Positions 40,683 to 50,843 of a DNA stretch of 64,000 nt are shown here, piece by piece. Source of the stretch: an uncultured Acidobacteriota bacterium (GTDB taxonomy: Bacteria > Acidobacteriota > Vicinamibacteria > Vicinamibacterales > UBA2999); NCBI GenBank assembly GCA_963784065.1, contig CAWAQA010000005.1, positions 383,530 to 447,529 of the forward strand, read 5' to 3'. The notes beneath the pieces are model-generated. The model did not search any database. It was not told where the DNA came from and worked only from the letters and a program-made list of their open reading frames with translations. The position numbers and the translations under genes are program-made. Numbering within the stretch: the stretch's first letter is position 1; the number at the start of each line of letters is the position of its first letter.

Positions 40683-42933
40683 ATGGCCGCAGCTTTTCGG
40701 CGCCGCATCGGGATTGTTCTTGGTCTCGGGGTCCTGACCGTCTCGCTCGCGGCGCAGGCGCCGCCGCGCGCGCTGACCGTCGACGCGATCTACGACCCGG
40801 CGACGCGGGTCGACTTCAGCGGATCGCCCGCAACCAACATCACCTGGGTCGATGCCCAGAGCTATCTCGTGTCCCGGCGCGCCGGAGGCGGTTACCAATG
40901 GCTGAAGGTGGACGCGGCGTCGGGCCGTTCCACCCCACTCTTCGACAGCGAGCGCATGGAGGCGGCGATCGCGGAACTGCCCGGCGTCACCGGGTCCGAA
41001 GCGGCGCAGATCGCGCTCTCTTCGGACCTCACGCTGAACCCGACGCGCATCCGGCGCGCTCTTCTCGATCTCCGAGGATCTCTACTACTACGACTTCGGA
41101 TCCGCGCGTGCGTCCCGCCTGACAACGGCTCCCGGCGCCGAAGAGGAGGCGACCTTCAGCCCCGACGGACGTTTCGTCGCTTTCGTCCGCGCGCACAACC
41201 TGTTCGTCGTGGAGGTCGCCGGCGCGCGCGAGCTGGCGCTGACGACCGATGGGAGCGAAGAGATCCTGAACGGCAAGCTCGATTGGCTGTACCAGGAGGA
41301 GATTTACGGCCGTGGCCGGTTCCGCGGTTACTGGTGGAGCCCCGATTCGACGCGGGTGGCGTTCCTGCAGCTCGATGAACGGCCCGTCCCCGAGTACACG
41401 GTGGTCGATCACATTCCCTACCGCCCCGTCGTCGAGGTCACGGACTACCCGAAAGCCGGCGACCCGAATCCCAAGGTGAAGCTCGGAGTGTCACGCGTGA
41501 CCGGTGGCGCCCCGCTCTGGGTCGATCTGAACAGCTACTCCGCGATCGACTTCCTCATCGTGAACGTGGACTGGACGCCGGCGTCGTCCGAGGTCGTGTT
41601 CCAGCTGCAGGACCGCGAGCAGACGTGGCTCGACCTGAACGTCGCGAGCGCGGCATCGGGGCAGCCGCGCAGGATCCTGCGCGAGACCACCAAAGCGTGG
41701 GTGAATGAGAATGGCAACCCCACCTGGCTGAAGGACGGTTCGTTCCTGTGGTTCAGCGAACGCAGCGGCTTCAAGCACCTCTATCAATACAAGACCGACG
41801 GCACGCTGGTGCGGCAGGTCACCACCGGCCGGTGGGACGTCCGCTCGCTGTACGGGGTTGACGAGAGCAACGGCCTGGTTTACTTCCCGTCGAGCGAGCG
41901 CAGCGCGATCGGCACGGATCTGTACCGCGTCAGGCTGGATGGGACCGGCTTCACGCGGCTGTCGCAGCCGCTTGGCACGCACCGCGCGATCTTCAACCCG
42001 GCGTTCACGCAATACGTCGGCATCTGGAGCGACGTGACCACGCCGCCGCAGGTGCGGCTGCACCGCGCCGACGGCACCGAGGTGCGGGTGATCGACGCCA
42101 ACCCGGTGAAGACACACGCCGAGTTCCGGCTCTCGAAGCCCGAGTTCGTCCAGGTGACGGCGCGCGACGGCTTCGTCATGGACGCGATGATCATCAGGCC
42201 GCCCGACTTCAACCCGGCGCGCCGGTATCCGGTGTTCCAGCATACGTATGCAGGTCCGGGGGCCGCCCAGGTGCGCAACCAGTGGGCCGGACAGACGTAC
42301 ATGTTTCATCAGATGCTCGCGCAGCACGGCGTGATCGTGTGGATCCACGACAACCGCAGCGCGAGCGGCAAAGGCGTGGAGTCGCAGTGGCCGGTCTACG
42401 GCAATCTCGGCGCGCCCGAGCTGCGCGATCTCGAAGACGGCCTGACGTGGCTGAAGCAGCAGCCGGGCGTGGACGGCTCACGCATCCTGCTGAGCGGCTG
42501 GAGCTACGGCGGGTTCATGACGGCGTACGCGCTGACCCACAGTACGAGCTGGGCGGCCGGGATCGTGGGCGCGCCCGTCACCGACTGGCGCGACTACGAC
42601 ACGGTGTACACGGAACGCCTGATGAAGATGCCGCAGAACAACGCCGACGGCTACCGGGCGTCAGCCCCACGGTTCGCCGCCGGCCGGCTTCACGGCCGGA
42701 TGCTGCTGATGCACGGCACGACGGACGACAACGTGCATTTCCAGAACACCGTGCAGTTCGTCTACGAGCTGCAGCGGGCCGGAAAGTCGTTCGAGATGAT
42801 GATCTACCCGCGCTCGCGCCACGCCTTCGACGATCCGCTCCTCAACAGGCATCTGCGGCAGAACATGTTCGACTTCACGATGAGGACGATCGGCAGCGCG
42901 CCCGGCCCCGCCGGAACGTCCACGGCCCAGTAG
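40683..42933 (+). CDS. S9B dipeptidyl-peptidase IV family protein (frameshift near 41060)
   Basis: DWLYQEE, WWSPD, YPKAGDPNP, GWSYGG nucleophile, HGTTDDNVH. Confidence 0.93.
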
Positions 42934-42937
42934 CTGC

Positions 42938-43794
42938 ATGTCGCTGCTCGATGCGCTGCTGACGGACTCGACAGTCATCGCCGCGGAGCTGCGGCCGCCG
43001 CGGGCGGAGCTCGACTCCGTTGAGGGCATGGACGCGTGGATCGATCTGTACCACGCGATCCGCGGGCTCGCGCGCCAGGACATCCGCGTGTTCCTCACCG
43101 ACAGCGCCGTCGGGACGCAGGAAGAGAACAACCTGCGTCACCTGGTGACGAACCTCGGACGCGACGTCCCGCGCGAGCGCGTCGTGCCGTTTCTGACGAG
43201 CAAGCACTCGCGCGAGTTCTGCCTCGCCTATGCGGAGCAGGCGTGGCAGCACGGCTTCTCGTCGCTCGTGGTGCTCGGCGGGGACAAGACGGTGGGCCGG
43301 GCACGCTGCGTGGACCACGCGTGGGAGTTGCGGAAGGCGATTCGTGACCGCGAGCCGCGGTTGGCCCTTGGCGGGTGGGCCAACCCGTACGCCGACGCCG
43401 CACCGCAGGTCGGCTTCCTCGTCGATGGGTCCTTCACGGCGGAGTACTACCTGACCCAGATCGTCAGCCACATCGACGTCGCACCCGGTAGAACGGTTCC
43501 TCGAGGAGACCCGACGCCGCGGCGCGGACCAGATACCGGGCATGTTCGGCGTCTTCTACTATCGCAGCGCCAACGCGAGGACGCTGCAGCTGCTCAGCCA
43601 GTTCCTGCCGGTCCCCGCTGCCGGGCTTACGGCGGAATTCGCGCGCCGGCGCGACACCGGTCGACGTCTGCGCCCGTACGCTGCGCGCGATGATGGACAT
43701 CGGCGTACGGCACTTCTACATCAGCAACCTTCCGCTGCTCGGCGCCCCGGCCACGCTGACCGCCATCCTCGAAAAAGTCGGCGTGACGGCATAG
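42938..43794 (+). CDS. Divergent methylenetetrahydrofolate-reductase-like TIM-barrel protein (frameshifted)
   Basis: AELRPP, FLTD, LVVLGGD, GGWANP, YYLTQ, HFYISN correspond to MetF-family motifs. Confidence 0.55.
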
Positions 43795-43858
43795 CTGCAC
43801 CCCCTGGCCGCCAGGACCAGGTTGGGGAGTGGGAGTTGATATTGCAACCGCCGTACGC

Positions 43859-44642
43859 ATGAGAACGCGTGCGTCCATCGACGGCCATCCGATTCATCCC
43901 ATGCTCATCCCTTACCCGTTTGCGTTCCTGACGGGCGGGTGGGGCTTTGGCGTGGCGGCGGCCATCACCGGCAACAAGGACCTGGCGACCGTCGCGCGCT
44001 ACCTCGTCCCCACCGGGGTGGCGGCCGGCCTTCTCGCCGCCGTCCCCGGCATCGTGGACTACGTCGAGAGCGTTCCGCCCGACAGCTCAGCCAAAGAACG
44101 GGCGCGCACGCACGGACTGCTCAACACCGCCGCGCTCGCGCTGTTCACGGCGGGATGGTGGATCAGCCGGCGGTCGCGCCGCACCGCCGCACCGTTGCTG
44201 CTGCAAGGACTGGGCACCGCGGCGATGTCCACCGCGGCGTGGATGGGCGGCGTCCTGGTGAACCGCAACCAGATCGGCGTGGACCACCGCTACGCGAACG
44301 CGGGCAAGTGGCAGGAGGAACGCCGAGCGCCGGCGAGCAGCCGCGCGCTCGCGTTTGCCGCGGCGCCGCTGGACGTGGACCAGATGAAGCTGGTTCACGT
44401 GGACGGCGCGCGCATTGCCGTCGGCGCGCACGGAGGAGGGCTACGCCGCCTTCAGCGATCGCTGCACGCACCGCGGCGGACCGCTCTCCGACGGCGTGCT
44501 GATCTGCGGGACCGTGCAGTGTCCGTGGCACGGCTCCCAGTTCGACGTGCACACAGGTGACGTGAAGTGCGGGCCGGCGGAGAAGCCGATCGAGACCTAC
44601 GACATCGACAAGGCGTCGGGCGAGATCAAGCGGCCGGCCTAG
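43859..44642 (+). CDS. DUF2231 membrane domain fused to a Rieske [2Fe-2S] domain (frameshift near 44420)
   Basis: GHPIHPMLIPYP, AVPGIVD, HGLLN, WMGG; CTHRGGPL and CPWHGSQFD Rieske motifs. Confidence 0.88.
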
Positions 44643-44644
44643 AG

Positions 44645-44680
44645 CAACTCCCAACCGCCAACTCAACGCCAACCCCAACC
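44645..44680. repeat. Left arm CAACTCC-family array flanking the four-helix-bundle gene
   Basis: caactcc caaccgc caactca acgc caacccc aacc. Confidence 0.8.
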
Positions 44681-44739
44681 GTCGGGCGGCTCGCGATCCG
44701 CCGTGTCTTGTCCGGCATGGTACGGGCACTGCTTGTCGT

Positions 44740-45119
44740 ATGGACGGCCACCACGACTGGCAGCCGAAGAAACCGTACGACCTTCGCGAGCGACTCTTCG
44801 AGTTCGGATGTCTCATCGTCCGCGTTGTGCAGTATCTGCAACTCGGGGACCGGTGGCATCCGCTCTTTCGTACCAGTTGTTGCGCTGCGGCACGTCGGCG
44901 GGCGCGAACTACGAGGAGGCGGACGACGGGTCGAGCGACCGCGATACGTTGGCGAAGAGGAAGATCGCGTTGCGGGAAGTGAAGGAGACGCGCTTTCGGT
45001 TGCGAATTCTACGACACTGCAACCTGCTGACGCCCGCGCAGGACCCGGTCATTGATGAAGCCGACGAACTGGTACGAATTCTCGCAACACTGATACACAG
45101 CAGTCCGGCCGGCCGCTGA
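44740..45119 (+). CDS. Four-helix-bundle protein (23S rRNA intervening-sequence protein / Avd-like family); frameshift near 44840
   Basis: YDLRERLFEFG...QLLRCGTSAGANYEEA...IALREVKETRFRL...EADELVRILA matches the family pattern QLxRSxTSIGANxxEA...ALxExxET. Confidence 0.85.
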
Positions 45120-45172
45120 AACCGCGGTGCGGGCTCCGGCCCGAACGCCAGCACACCGCTTCGAGGCTATCC

Positions 45173-45218
45173 GTTGGGAGTTGGCGCAGAGTGTAAGGTT
45201 GGGAATTGGAAGTTGAAC
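45173..45218. repeat. Right arm GTTGGGA-family array flanking the four-helix-bundle gene
   Basis: gttggga gttggcg ... gttggga attggaa gttgaac; gttgggagttg is the exact reverse complement of 44645-44655. Confidence 0.8.
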
Positions 45219-45228
45219 CTTCGAGAAC

Positions 45229-45970
45229 CTACTTCACGTGCCTGCCGCCATCGACGCGGATCGTTTCGCCGGTGATGAAGTCGTTGTCGATGAGCGCGAT
45301 GACGGCCTTGGCGATCTCGGGCTCACCGCCCCAGCGGCCGAGCGGGGTTGTGCGCTCGACGGCGGCGAACTGCTCGTCGGAGGTCCCGTCGGGCGCGACG
45401 ATCGGACCGGGCGCGATGGCGTTGACGAGAATCTGATCGGCCGCCAGCTCCAGCGCCAGGCCTTCGGTCAAGGCGACGACCGCCCCTTTCGCCACGTAGT
45501 AGGTCAGGAACCCTGGATAGCGCGGGCGGCCGCTGCGCGCGATCCAGTCGGAGAAGTTGATGATCCGGCCGCCGCGAAGCCGGCGCATATGCGGGACGGC
45601 GGCCCGGGCGCAGAGCCACGCCGCGCGCAGATCAACAGCCATCTGGTCTTCCCAGTCGTTGAGCGTGACCTCCTCGAAGGGCGTGTGACTGTAGATCGAC
45701 GCCATGTTCACGAGCACGTCGAGGCGGCCGAGCGCCGCCACCGTCTCGTCCACGACCCCCTCACAGGCATCGGGCTCCTTCAGGTCGGCTCGCAGCACTG
45801 TCAGCGCGCCGGCCGAGACCGCGTACCGTCTCGGCCACGTCCTCCGCCTCCGCCCGAGAGCGCCGATAGACCAGCGCGACGTCCATGCCCCTGCGCGCCA
45901 ACTCCGTCGCCACGACGGCGCCGATGCGTTTGCCGCCGGTGATGAGCGCAACGCGGCCAGCCAGCTCCAT
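45229..45970 (-). CDS. SDR family oxidoreductase (pteridine reductase-like); frameshifted
   Basis: ITGGKRIG, LVNMAS, YYVAK (YxxxK), VNAIAPG, ITGETIRVDGG. Confidence 0.88.
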
Positions 45971-46224
45971 GCGTGGAAGTCTATCGAGACTTACGCAAAT
46001 TTTCCGGCTCTCCCGGTTCTTCCGCCACCTTCGCGCCCGAAAAAACCGCCCGTCCTCGACTCCTTCTGCGATCGTCCCCGAGCCCGCGTCGCGAAAGCGT
46101 TTTCGTCGCGCGTAAGTGACTGACAGCCGCAATCGCAGATCTCCTTGAATCGCCTCGCCCGCTAGCTGGTCCGGTTCGTGCTATCGTGCCCGCGCCAACC
46201 ACCCTTCCAAGGAGAAGCACCTCG

Positions 46225-46701
46225 ATGAGAACGTTGCTCTCTGCCTGCGCCCTGGCGCTGGCGTTCCTGCTGCCGGCCTCGGCGTCGGCTCAAACCGCAA
46301 CCATGGTCGCCACGCTGACGGGTGCGGAGGAGAATCCCGCCGTCCTCACCGGCGCAGTCGGCACCGCGGAAGTCGCCATCGATGGCGGGTCCCGCGAGCT
46401 GACCGTCTCTCTCCGTCTGTTCAACATCCCGACCGGCACGACCGCCGGCCACATTCACGCCGGTCCGCGCGGCGTGAACGGCCCGGTCGTGATCGACTTT
46501 CCCATCCCCGCGGGGCGAACCGGTGATATTGCGCTCGATTTCCGTCTGAATCAGGGCCAGTTCCGCGCCCGTCCCGAAATCGGGATCAACAACATGGAGG
46601 ACATCATCCAGACCATCGTGGGCGGCGGGGCCTACGTGAACATCCACTCGACCGCGTTTCCCGGCGGCGAGATTCGCGGCCAGTTGAGGACTCCGGAATA
46701 G
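46225..46701 (+). CDS. Secreted CHRD domain protein
   Basis: LTGAEENP, AGHIHAGPRGVNGPV, YVNIHSTAFPGGEIRGQL; AGGAG upstream. Confidence 0.92.
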   Translation: MRTLLSACALALAFLLPASASAQTATMVATLTGAEENPAVLTGAVGTAEVAIDGGSRELTVSLRLFNIPTGTTAGHIHAGPRGVNGPVVIDFPIPAGRTGDIALDFRLNQGQFRARPEIGINNMEDIIQTIVGGGAYVNIHSTAFPGGEIRGQLRTPE

Positions 46702-46726
46702 CACCCGAAGACGCTACGATCAGGGG

Positions 46727-47383
46727 GTGCGCGGCGGCCCCCTGGTGCTGAGCGTCGCCCTGCTGACGATGTCGACGGGCGCACGTGCGATCGAGCTGAT
46801 GCTCGGTCCGCGAGCGCTCGCCGAAGCGCTGGATATCGGGCAATCTCGCATCGACTCGGTCCGGACACGGTTCCATCGGCCCTACCGGCTGGTGGTGGCC
46901 CGAGCGCCGGTGGATTACATCGAGGTTGTCACGCCGTTCCGGCGCGTGGCCCTGGCGGCCGAGGCACGTACCCGCCTTGGCGAGCGCGCGTTCGGTCAAC
47001 GCGAGGCGCGCGCCGTGCTGGGCGACACGCCCGAGCAGATCGATCTGCTCGTCGAGCTCACCTTTCACCCCCAGAACACGTTCATCGGCGTGCCGGCCTA
47101 CGAGGTGCGCCTGCTCCCGGTCACGGCCGAGACGACGCCCGTTGAACCGCGCGATGTGATGTCCGTGCCGCGGTTCGGGCCGCGAATCGAGGGGATGCCG
47201 TTGCCGTACCCGTATCCCATGACGTCGCCGGGCCTGCCGGGCGGCCAGCCGCTCACGGGCGGCACGATCGTCATCCGGCTGGATGGTCTGACGGTCAACC
47301 CGAACGGCATCTACGACATCATCGTGGCGGAGCAAGGGAAGGAACTGTCGAGAACGCGGCTGGACTTACGAGGGCTGCGGTAG
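46727..47383 (+). CDS. Secreted hypothetical protein
   Basis: Uninterrupted 218 aa ORF with signal peptide and typical codon usage, directly after CHRD gene. Confidence 0.65.
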   Translation: MRGGPLVLSVALLTMSTGARAIELMLGPRALAEALDIGQSRIDSVRTRFHRPYRLVVARAPVDYIEVVTPFRRVALAAEARTRLGERAFGQREARAVLGDTPEQIDLLVELTFHPQNTFIGVPAYEVRLLPVTAETTPVEPRDVMSVPRFGPRIEGMPLPYPYPMTSPGLPGGQPLTGGTIVIRLDGLTVNPNGIYDIIVAEQGKELSRTRLDLRGLR

Positions 47384-47424
47384 GTCGTGGCAGGGGCAGG
47401 GCCGGCGGGCCGGCCCCCCACGGG

Positions 47425-47492
47425 CCACAGAGACGCAGAGGCACAGAGCCCACTCCCTGGGTTCTCTTCTCTGTGTCTCTGTGGCTCTGTGG
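47425..47492. repeat. Inverted octamer array, CACAGAGR / YCTCTGTG family
   Basis: ccacagagacgcagaggcacagag pairs 21/24 with ctctgtgtctctgtggctctgtgg. Confidence 0.85.
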
Positions 47493-47500
47493 TTCGTCAC

Positions 47501-47531
47501 AAAAAAAGGGCGGGTCCGAGAGGACCCGCCC
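47501..47531 (-). terminator. Intrinsic terminator downstream of the ompA-family gene
   Basis: Minus strand gggcgggtcc-tctc-ggacccgccc followed by T7. Confidence 0.85.
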
Positions 47532-47559
47532 AGCTGACAACACGACTGCCGAGTGCCGC

Positions 47560-48258
47560 TTACGAGAGCACCTTCACGACGACGCGGCGGTTCTGCGCGC
47601 GGCCGGACCGGTTGTTGTTCGGCGCAACCGGCTTTTCCTCGCCGTAGCTGATCACGTTGATCTTGTGCAGCGGCACCTGATGCTGCTCGTAGAGATACCG
47701 CTTCACCGCCTCGGCGCGCTCGAGGCCAAGCCGCTCGTTCAGCTCGCGGCCGCCCACGTTGTCCGTGTGGCCTTCGATCTCGATGAACACGTTCTTCGGA
47801 TCGGTCTTGAGCTGGTTGACCATCTGGTCCAGGCGCGCCTTGGCTTCGTCAGGAAGCATCGTGCCCCCGAAGCGGAAGTTGCCCTGATCCTCGCTGAGCG
47901 TCACTTCGTAGACGAGGCGACGTGACGAGGCCGCCTCGGCCTTCAAGTCGGATTCGACCGTGTTGATCCGTCCGCCCAGGCGCGTATCGACGTCCTTGGC
48001 AGCAGCGGCGGCGGAGTCGGCGGCCGCGCGCGCCTCGGTCGCCGAGCGGCCTGCTGCTTCAGCCTTGGTGTCCACGGCGCCGATACGCTCCTCGTTCTGA
48101 CGCGTGCGCTCCTGGGTCTCTTCGAGCGATCCGCCCAGCGTGTCAACCTTCGAGTTGACGTTGCCGACTTCCGTGCGCACGAACTTCTTGGTCGCGCAGG
48201 CCGGGGCCACTGCCACGGTGAGCGCGAGCATCGACGCTGCAAACAGGGTCTTACGCAT
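47560..48258 (-). CDS. OmpA-family lipoprotein with N-terminal coiled coil
   Basis: Lipobox APAC, IEGHTDNVG, LGLERAEAV, SYGEEKP, GRAQNRRV. Confidence 0.92.
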   Translation of the reverse strand: MRKTLFAASMLALTVAVAPACATKKFVRTEVGNVNSKVDTLGGSLEETQERTRQNEERIGAVDTKAEAAGRSATEARAAADSAAAAAKDVDTRLGGRINTVESDLKAEAASSRRLVYEVTLSEDQGNFRFGGTMLPDEAKARLDQMVNQLKTDPKNVFIEIEGHTDNVGGRELNERLGLERAEAVKRYLYEQHQVPLHKINVISYGEEKPVAPNNNRSGRAQNRRVVVKVLS

Positions 48259-48330
48259 GATTCCTTCCTCCTCCGTCGTCTTCCGCGGGACTGCATCCTC
48301 CCGCGGTTCGGTGTCGACGTGTGTGTGTCT

Positions 48331-49266
48331 CTAACTTCCCACTCGGCCGGGGCCGGCCATGTATCCGCTTCGTGCTCGTACCACGTGGCTCTTCTTTTTC
48401 GTGCGAATCTCGAGCGGGTGCCAGCCCTGCCGCGCGCCCGGCTCGAATGTGATCACGTACTGCTGCCGCAGTTCGATGAACAGGTCGCGAAGACCCTCCA
48501 CCGTGTGCGCCGGCGTGCTCGACATGCGCAGGTCGCCGCCTGTCCAACGTGCCAGATCCGCCAGCGTCGCGGTTTCCGAGACCTGCCCTGTCTCGATGAC
48601 CGCGAACTCGCCCCCAGGGTGGTCCGCTGGGTTCATCACCGTTAACAAGTAGACGGGCACGTCAATCGCGCTGGCGATGCCGGACACCTCTGGCGCCGTC
48701 CTCTTGCTGCCGGTGTCGATGCCGTCGCTGATGACGAGCACGGCGCGATGACGGTTGGCGCGGTCCGCCGCCGCTTGCGCCGTCCCTGCGATGGCATCGT
48801 AGAGTGAGGTCATCCCGAACGGCGTCCCGGACAGGTTGACCGCCTTCACCCGATCGAGCTCCGTCGTGAACGGAACCACTTCCTCGAGACGCGAATCGAA
48901 CGTGTAGAGCGACGCCTCATCTCCGTACCGCATGTTCGCGAGCGTGAGGTCCACCGCCTGCCGCGCCCGCTCCATGTTGCCGCCCACTGCCATGCTGCCG
49001 CTGATGTCGAGAAGGATGGCCAGGCTGATCGCCGCGTCCCCTGCCCAGAAATCCTTGATGGGCTTCCCGAATCCCGAATCAATGACCTGGAAGTCCTCCT
49101 GCTTGAGGTCGCGCACGACGCGGTTCCGGCTGTCGCGCACGGACACCGACACGCTGACGGCCTCGACGCCCGACCGGAACGTTACGTCCTGCGCCCTGGC
49201 ACCGGCAGGTGCAAGGCCAAAAAGCAGCATTCCGATGACAAGCCTGGGGGACAGCCTCCTCATCAC
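48331..49266 (-). CDS. VWA domain protein (VWFA-related Acidobacterial type)
   Basis: FRSGVEAVSV, DISGSM MIDAS, TSLYDA, VISDGID, VRARSGY. Confidence 0.9.
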   Translation of the reverse strand: MMRRLSPRLVIGMLLFGLAPAGARAQDVTFRSGVEAVSVSVSVRDSRNRVVRDLKQEDFQVIDSGFGKPIKDFWAGDAAISLAILLDISGSMAVGGNMERARQAVDLTLANMRYGDEASLYTFDSRLEEVVPFTTELDRVKAVNLSGTPFGMTSLYDAIAGTAQAAADRANRHRAVLVISDGIDTGSKRTAPEVSGIASAIDVPVYLLTVMNPADHPGGEFAVIETGQVSETATLADLARWTGGDLRMSSTPAHTVEGLRDLFIELRQQYVITFEPGARQGWHPLEIRTKKKSHVVRARSGYMAGPGRVGS

Positions 49267-49510
49267 GCGCCCTCATAGTTCAATGGGCTTGCCAAAGTGT
49301 CCGCCTTCGTTATTCAACAAGTTACCGGGATTGTTCGCGACTGTCGCGTCTGGATGACAACAGATTCGTGTAATTGTTACGTTCCAGAGCGATTGGCTGT
49401 GTAACTTTGTGTGCAAATTGAGGCAACGGTGGCACAGGAGAACTGCCGAGCGAGGAAGGCAGGACGAGTGACACGAGCGAAAGTGGGATGCAGGAGGTTA
49501 ACATTGCCCG

Positions 49511-50734
49511 ATGCCCACGTCGAAGGCCTCCCACCCCATTCCGATTGCCGGGCGGGTCAACCGCTTCTCTTACGCCATCCGGAACATCGTGGCCGAGGCG
49601 AAAACGGTCGAGGCACGGGGCGTCCGGGTCAAGTACCTGAACATCGGCGACCCGGTGGCCTTCGGGTTCGCGACGCCGCAGCACCTGATCGAGACCGCGG
49701 TCCGCGCGATGCGCGACGGTCACAATGGGTACCTCCCGTCGGTCGGCATTCCGGCGGCGCGTGAAGCGGTGGCCGGCGACTACCGGGAAAAGGGCGTTGC
49801 CGTCTCTCCCGACAGGGTGCTGATCACCACCGGCTCGTCGGAAGGGATCGACCTCGCGCTCCATGCCCTCGTGGACGAGGGCGACGAGGTCCTCGTCCCG
49901 CTGCCGACGTATCCGCTCTACACGGCGGTGCTCGCCAAGATCGCGGCGCAGCCACGGTACTATCGAACGGATCCGGACCGTGACTGGCTGCCCGATCTCG
50001 ATCACATGCGCAGCCTGGTGACGCCGCGCACCCGCGTGCTGGTGGTGATCGACCCCAACAATCCCACCGGTGCCGTGTACCCCCCGGCGACGCGCCGTCA
50101 ACTCGTGGCCTTCGCGGAAGAGCACGGCCTGACGATTCTGGCTGACGAGGTCTACGGCGATCTCGGCTTCGACGGGCCAGTGCCGTTGCTTGGGACGATC
50201 GATCCGGACGCGCCGATTATCTCCACGTCGAGCCTCTCCAAGGCGTATCTGGCACCCGGGTGGCGCGCCGGCTGGATGGTGGTGGGCGCCACGCCGCGGC
50301 TCGACGGGGCGCTCGCCGCGATCAAGAAACTGGCGGATGGCCGCCTCTGCAGTCCCGGCCCGATGCAGTACGCCGTCGCCGCCGCGCTGACGGGCGACCG
50401 CTCGCACCAGGCGAGCTTCCGTCGCGCCCTCGTCGAGCGGGCGCGCCTCACGACGGACATGCTCAACGCGGTCCCGGGGATACGCTGCGTCGAGCCTCGC
50501 GCCGCGTTCTACGCGCTCCCCTGCGTCGCGCTGCCACCCGGGCGGACCGACGAGCAGTACGTGCTCGCGCTCCTGCGGGAGACCGGCATCCTCTGCGTCC
50601 ACGGCTCCGGCTTCGGCATGCCGGCGGAACAGGGCTTCTTCCGGATCGTCTTCCTGGCGGAGCCCCGCGAGCTGCAGACGATCTACGCGGACATCGCGGC
50701 ATTCACACGCCAGTACCTCGAACGCACCGGGTGA
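49511..50734 (+). CDS. PLP-dependent aminotransferase class I/II (AlaA-like)
   Basis: LNIGDP, YPLYTA, PNNPTGAVY, ADEVY, SLSKAYLAPGWRAGW, HGSGFG. Confidence 0.92.
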   Translation: MPTSKASHPIPIAGRVNRFSYAIRNIVAEAKTVEARGVRVKYLNIGDPVAFGFATPQHLIETAVRAMRDGHNGYLPSVGIPAAREAVAGDYREKGVAVSPDRVLITTGSSEGIDLALHALVDEGDEVLVPLPTYPLYTAVLAKIAAQPRYYRTDPDRDWLPDLDHMRSLVTPRTRVLVVIDPNNPTGAVYPPATRRQLVAFAEEHGLTILADEVYGDLGFDGPVPLLGTIDPDAPIISTSSLSKAYLAPGWRAGWMVVGATPRLDGALAAIKKLADGRLCSPGPMQYAVAAALTGDRSHQASFRRALVERARLTTDMLNAVPGIRCVEPRAAFYALPCVALPPGRTDEQYVLALLRETGILCVHGSGFGMPAEQGFFRIVFLAEPRELQTIYADIAAFTRQYLERTG

Positions 50735-50747
50735 AGGGCGCTCCCAT

Positions 50748-50834
50748 TCACTCTCACGGGCCACAGAGGCACAGAGAACAAGAATATGAAAGGATAGCCT
50801 TTGTGCCTCTGTTGTCTCTGTGGCTTGTGAGTGA
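50748..50834. repeat. Inverted octamer array, CACAGAGR family (second copy)
   Basis: cacgggccacagaggcacagag facing tctgttgtctctgtggcttgtgag; cacgggccacagag is identical to 47419-47432. Confidence 0.8.
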
Positions 50835-50843
50835 GCGTGTGGC

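Noticed and set aside
44740-45119. Diversity-generating retroelement or rRNA intervening sequence
   Set aside because: No reverse transcriptase, TR/VR pair or rRNA sequence is visible in the window; only the Avd/IVP-like gene is present.
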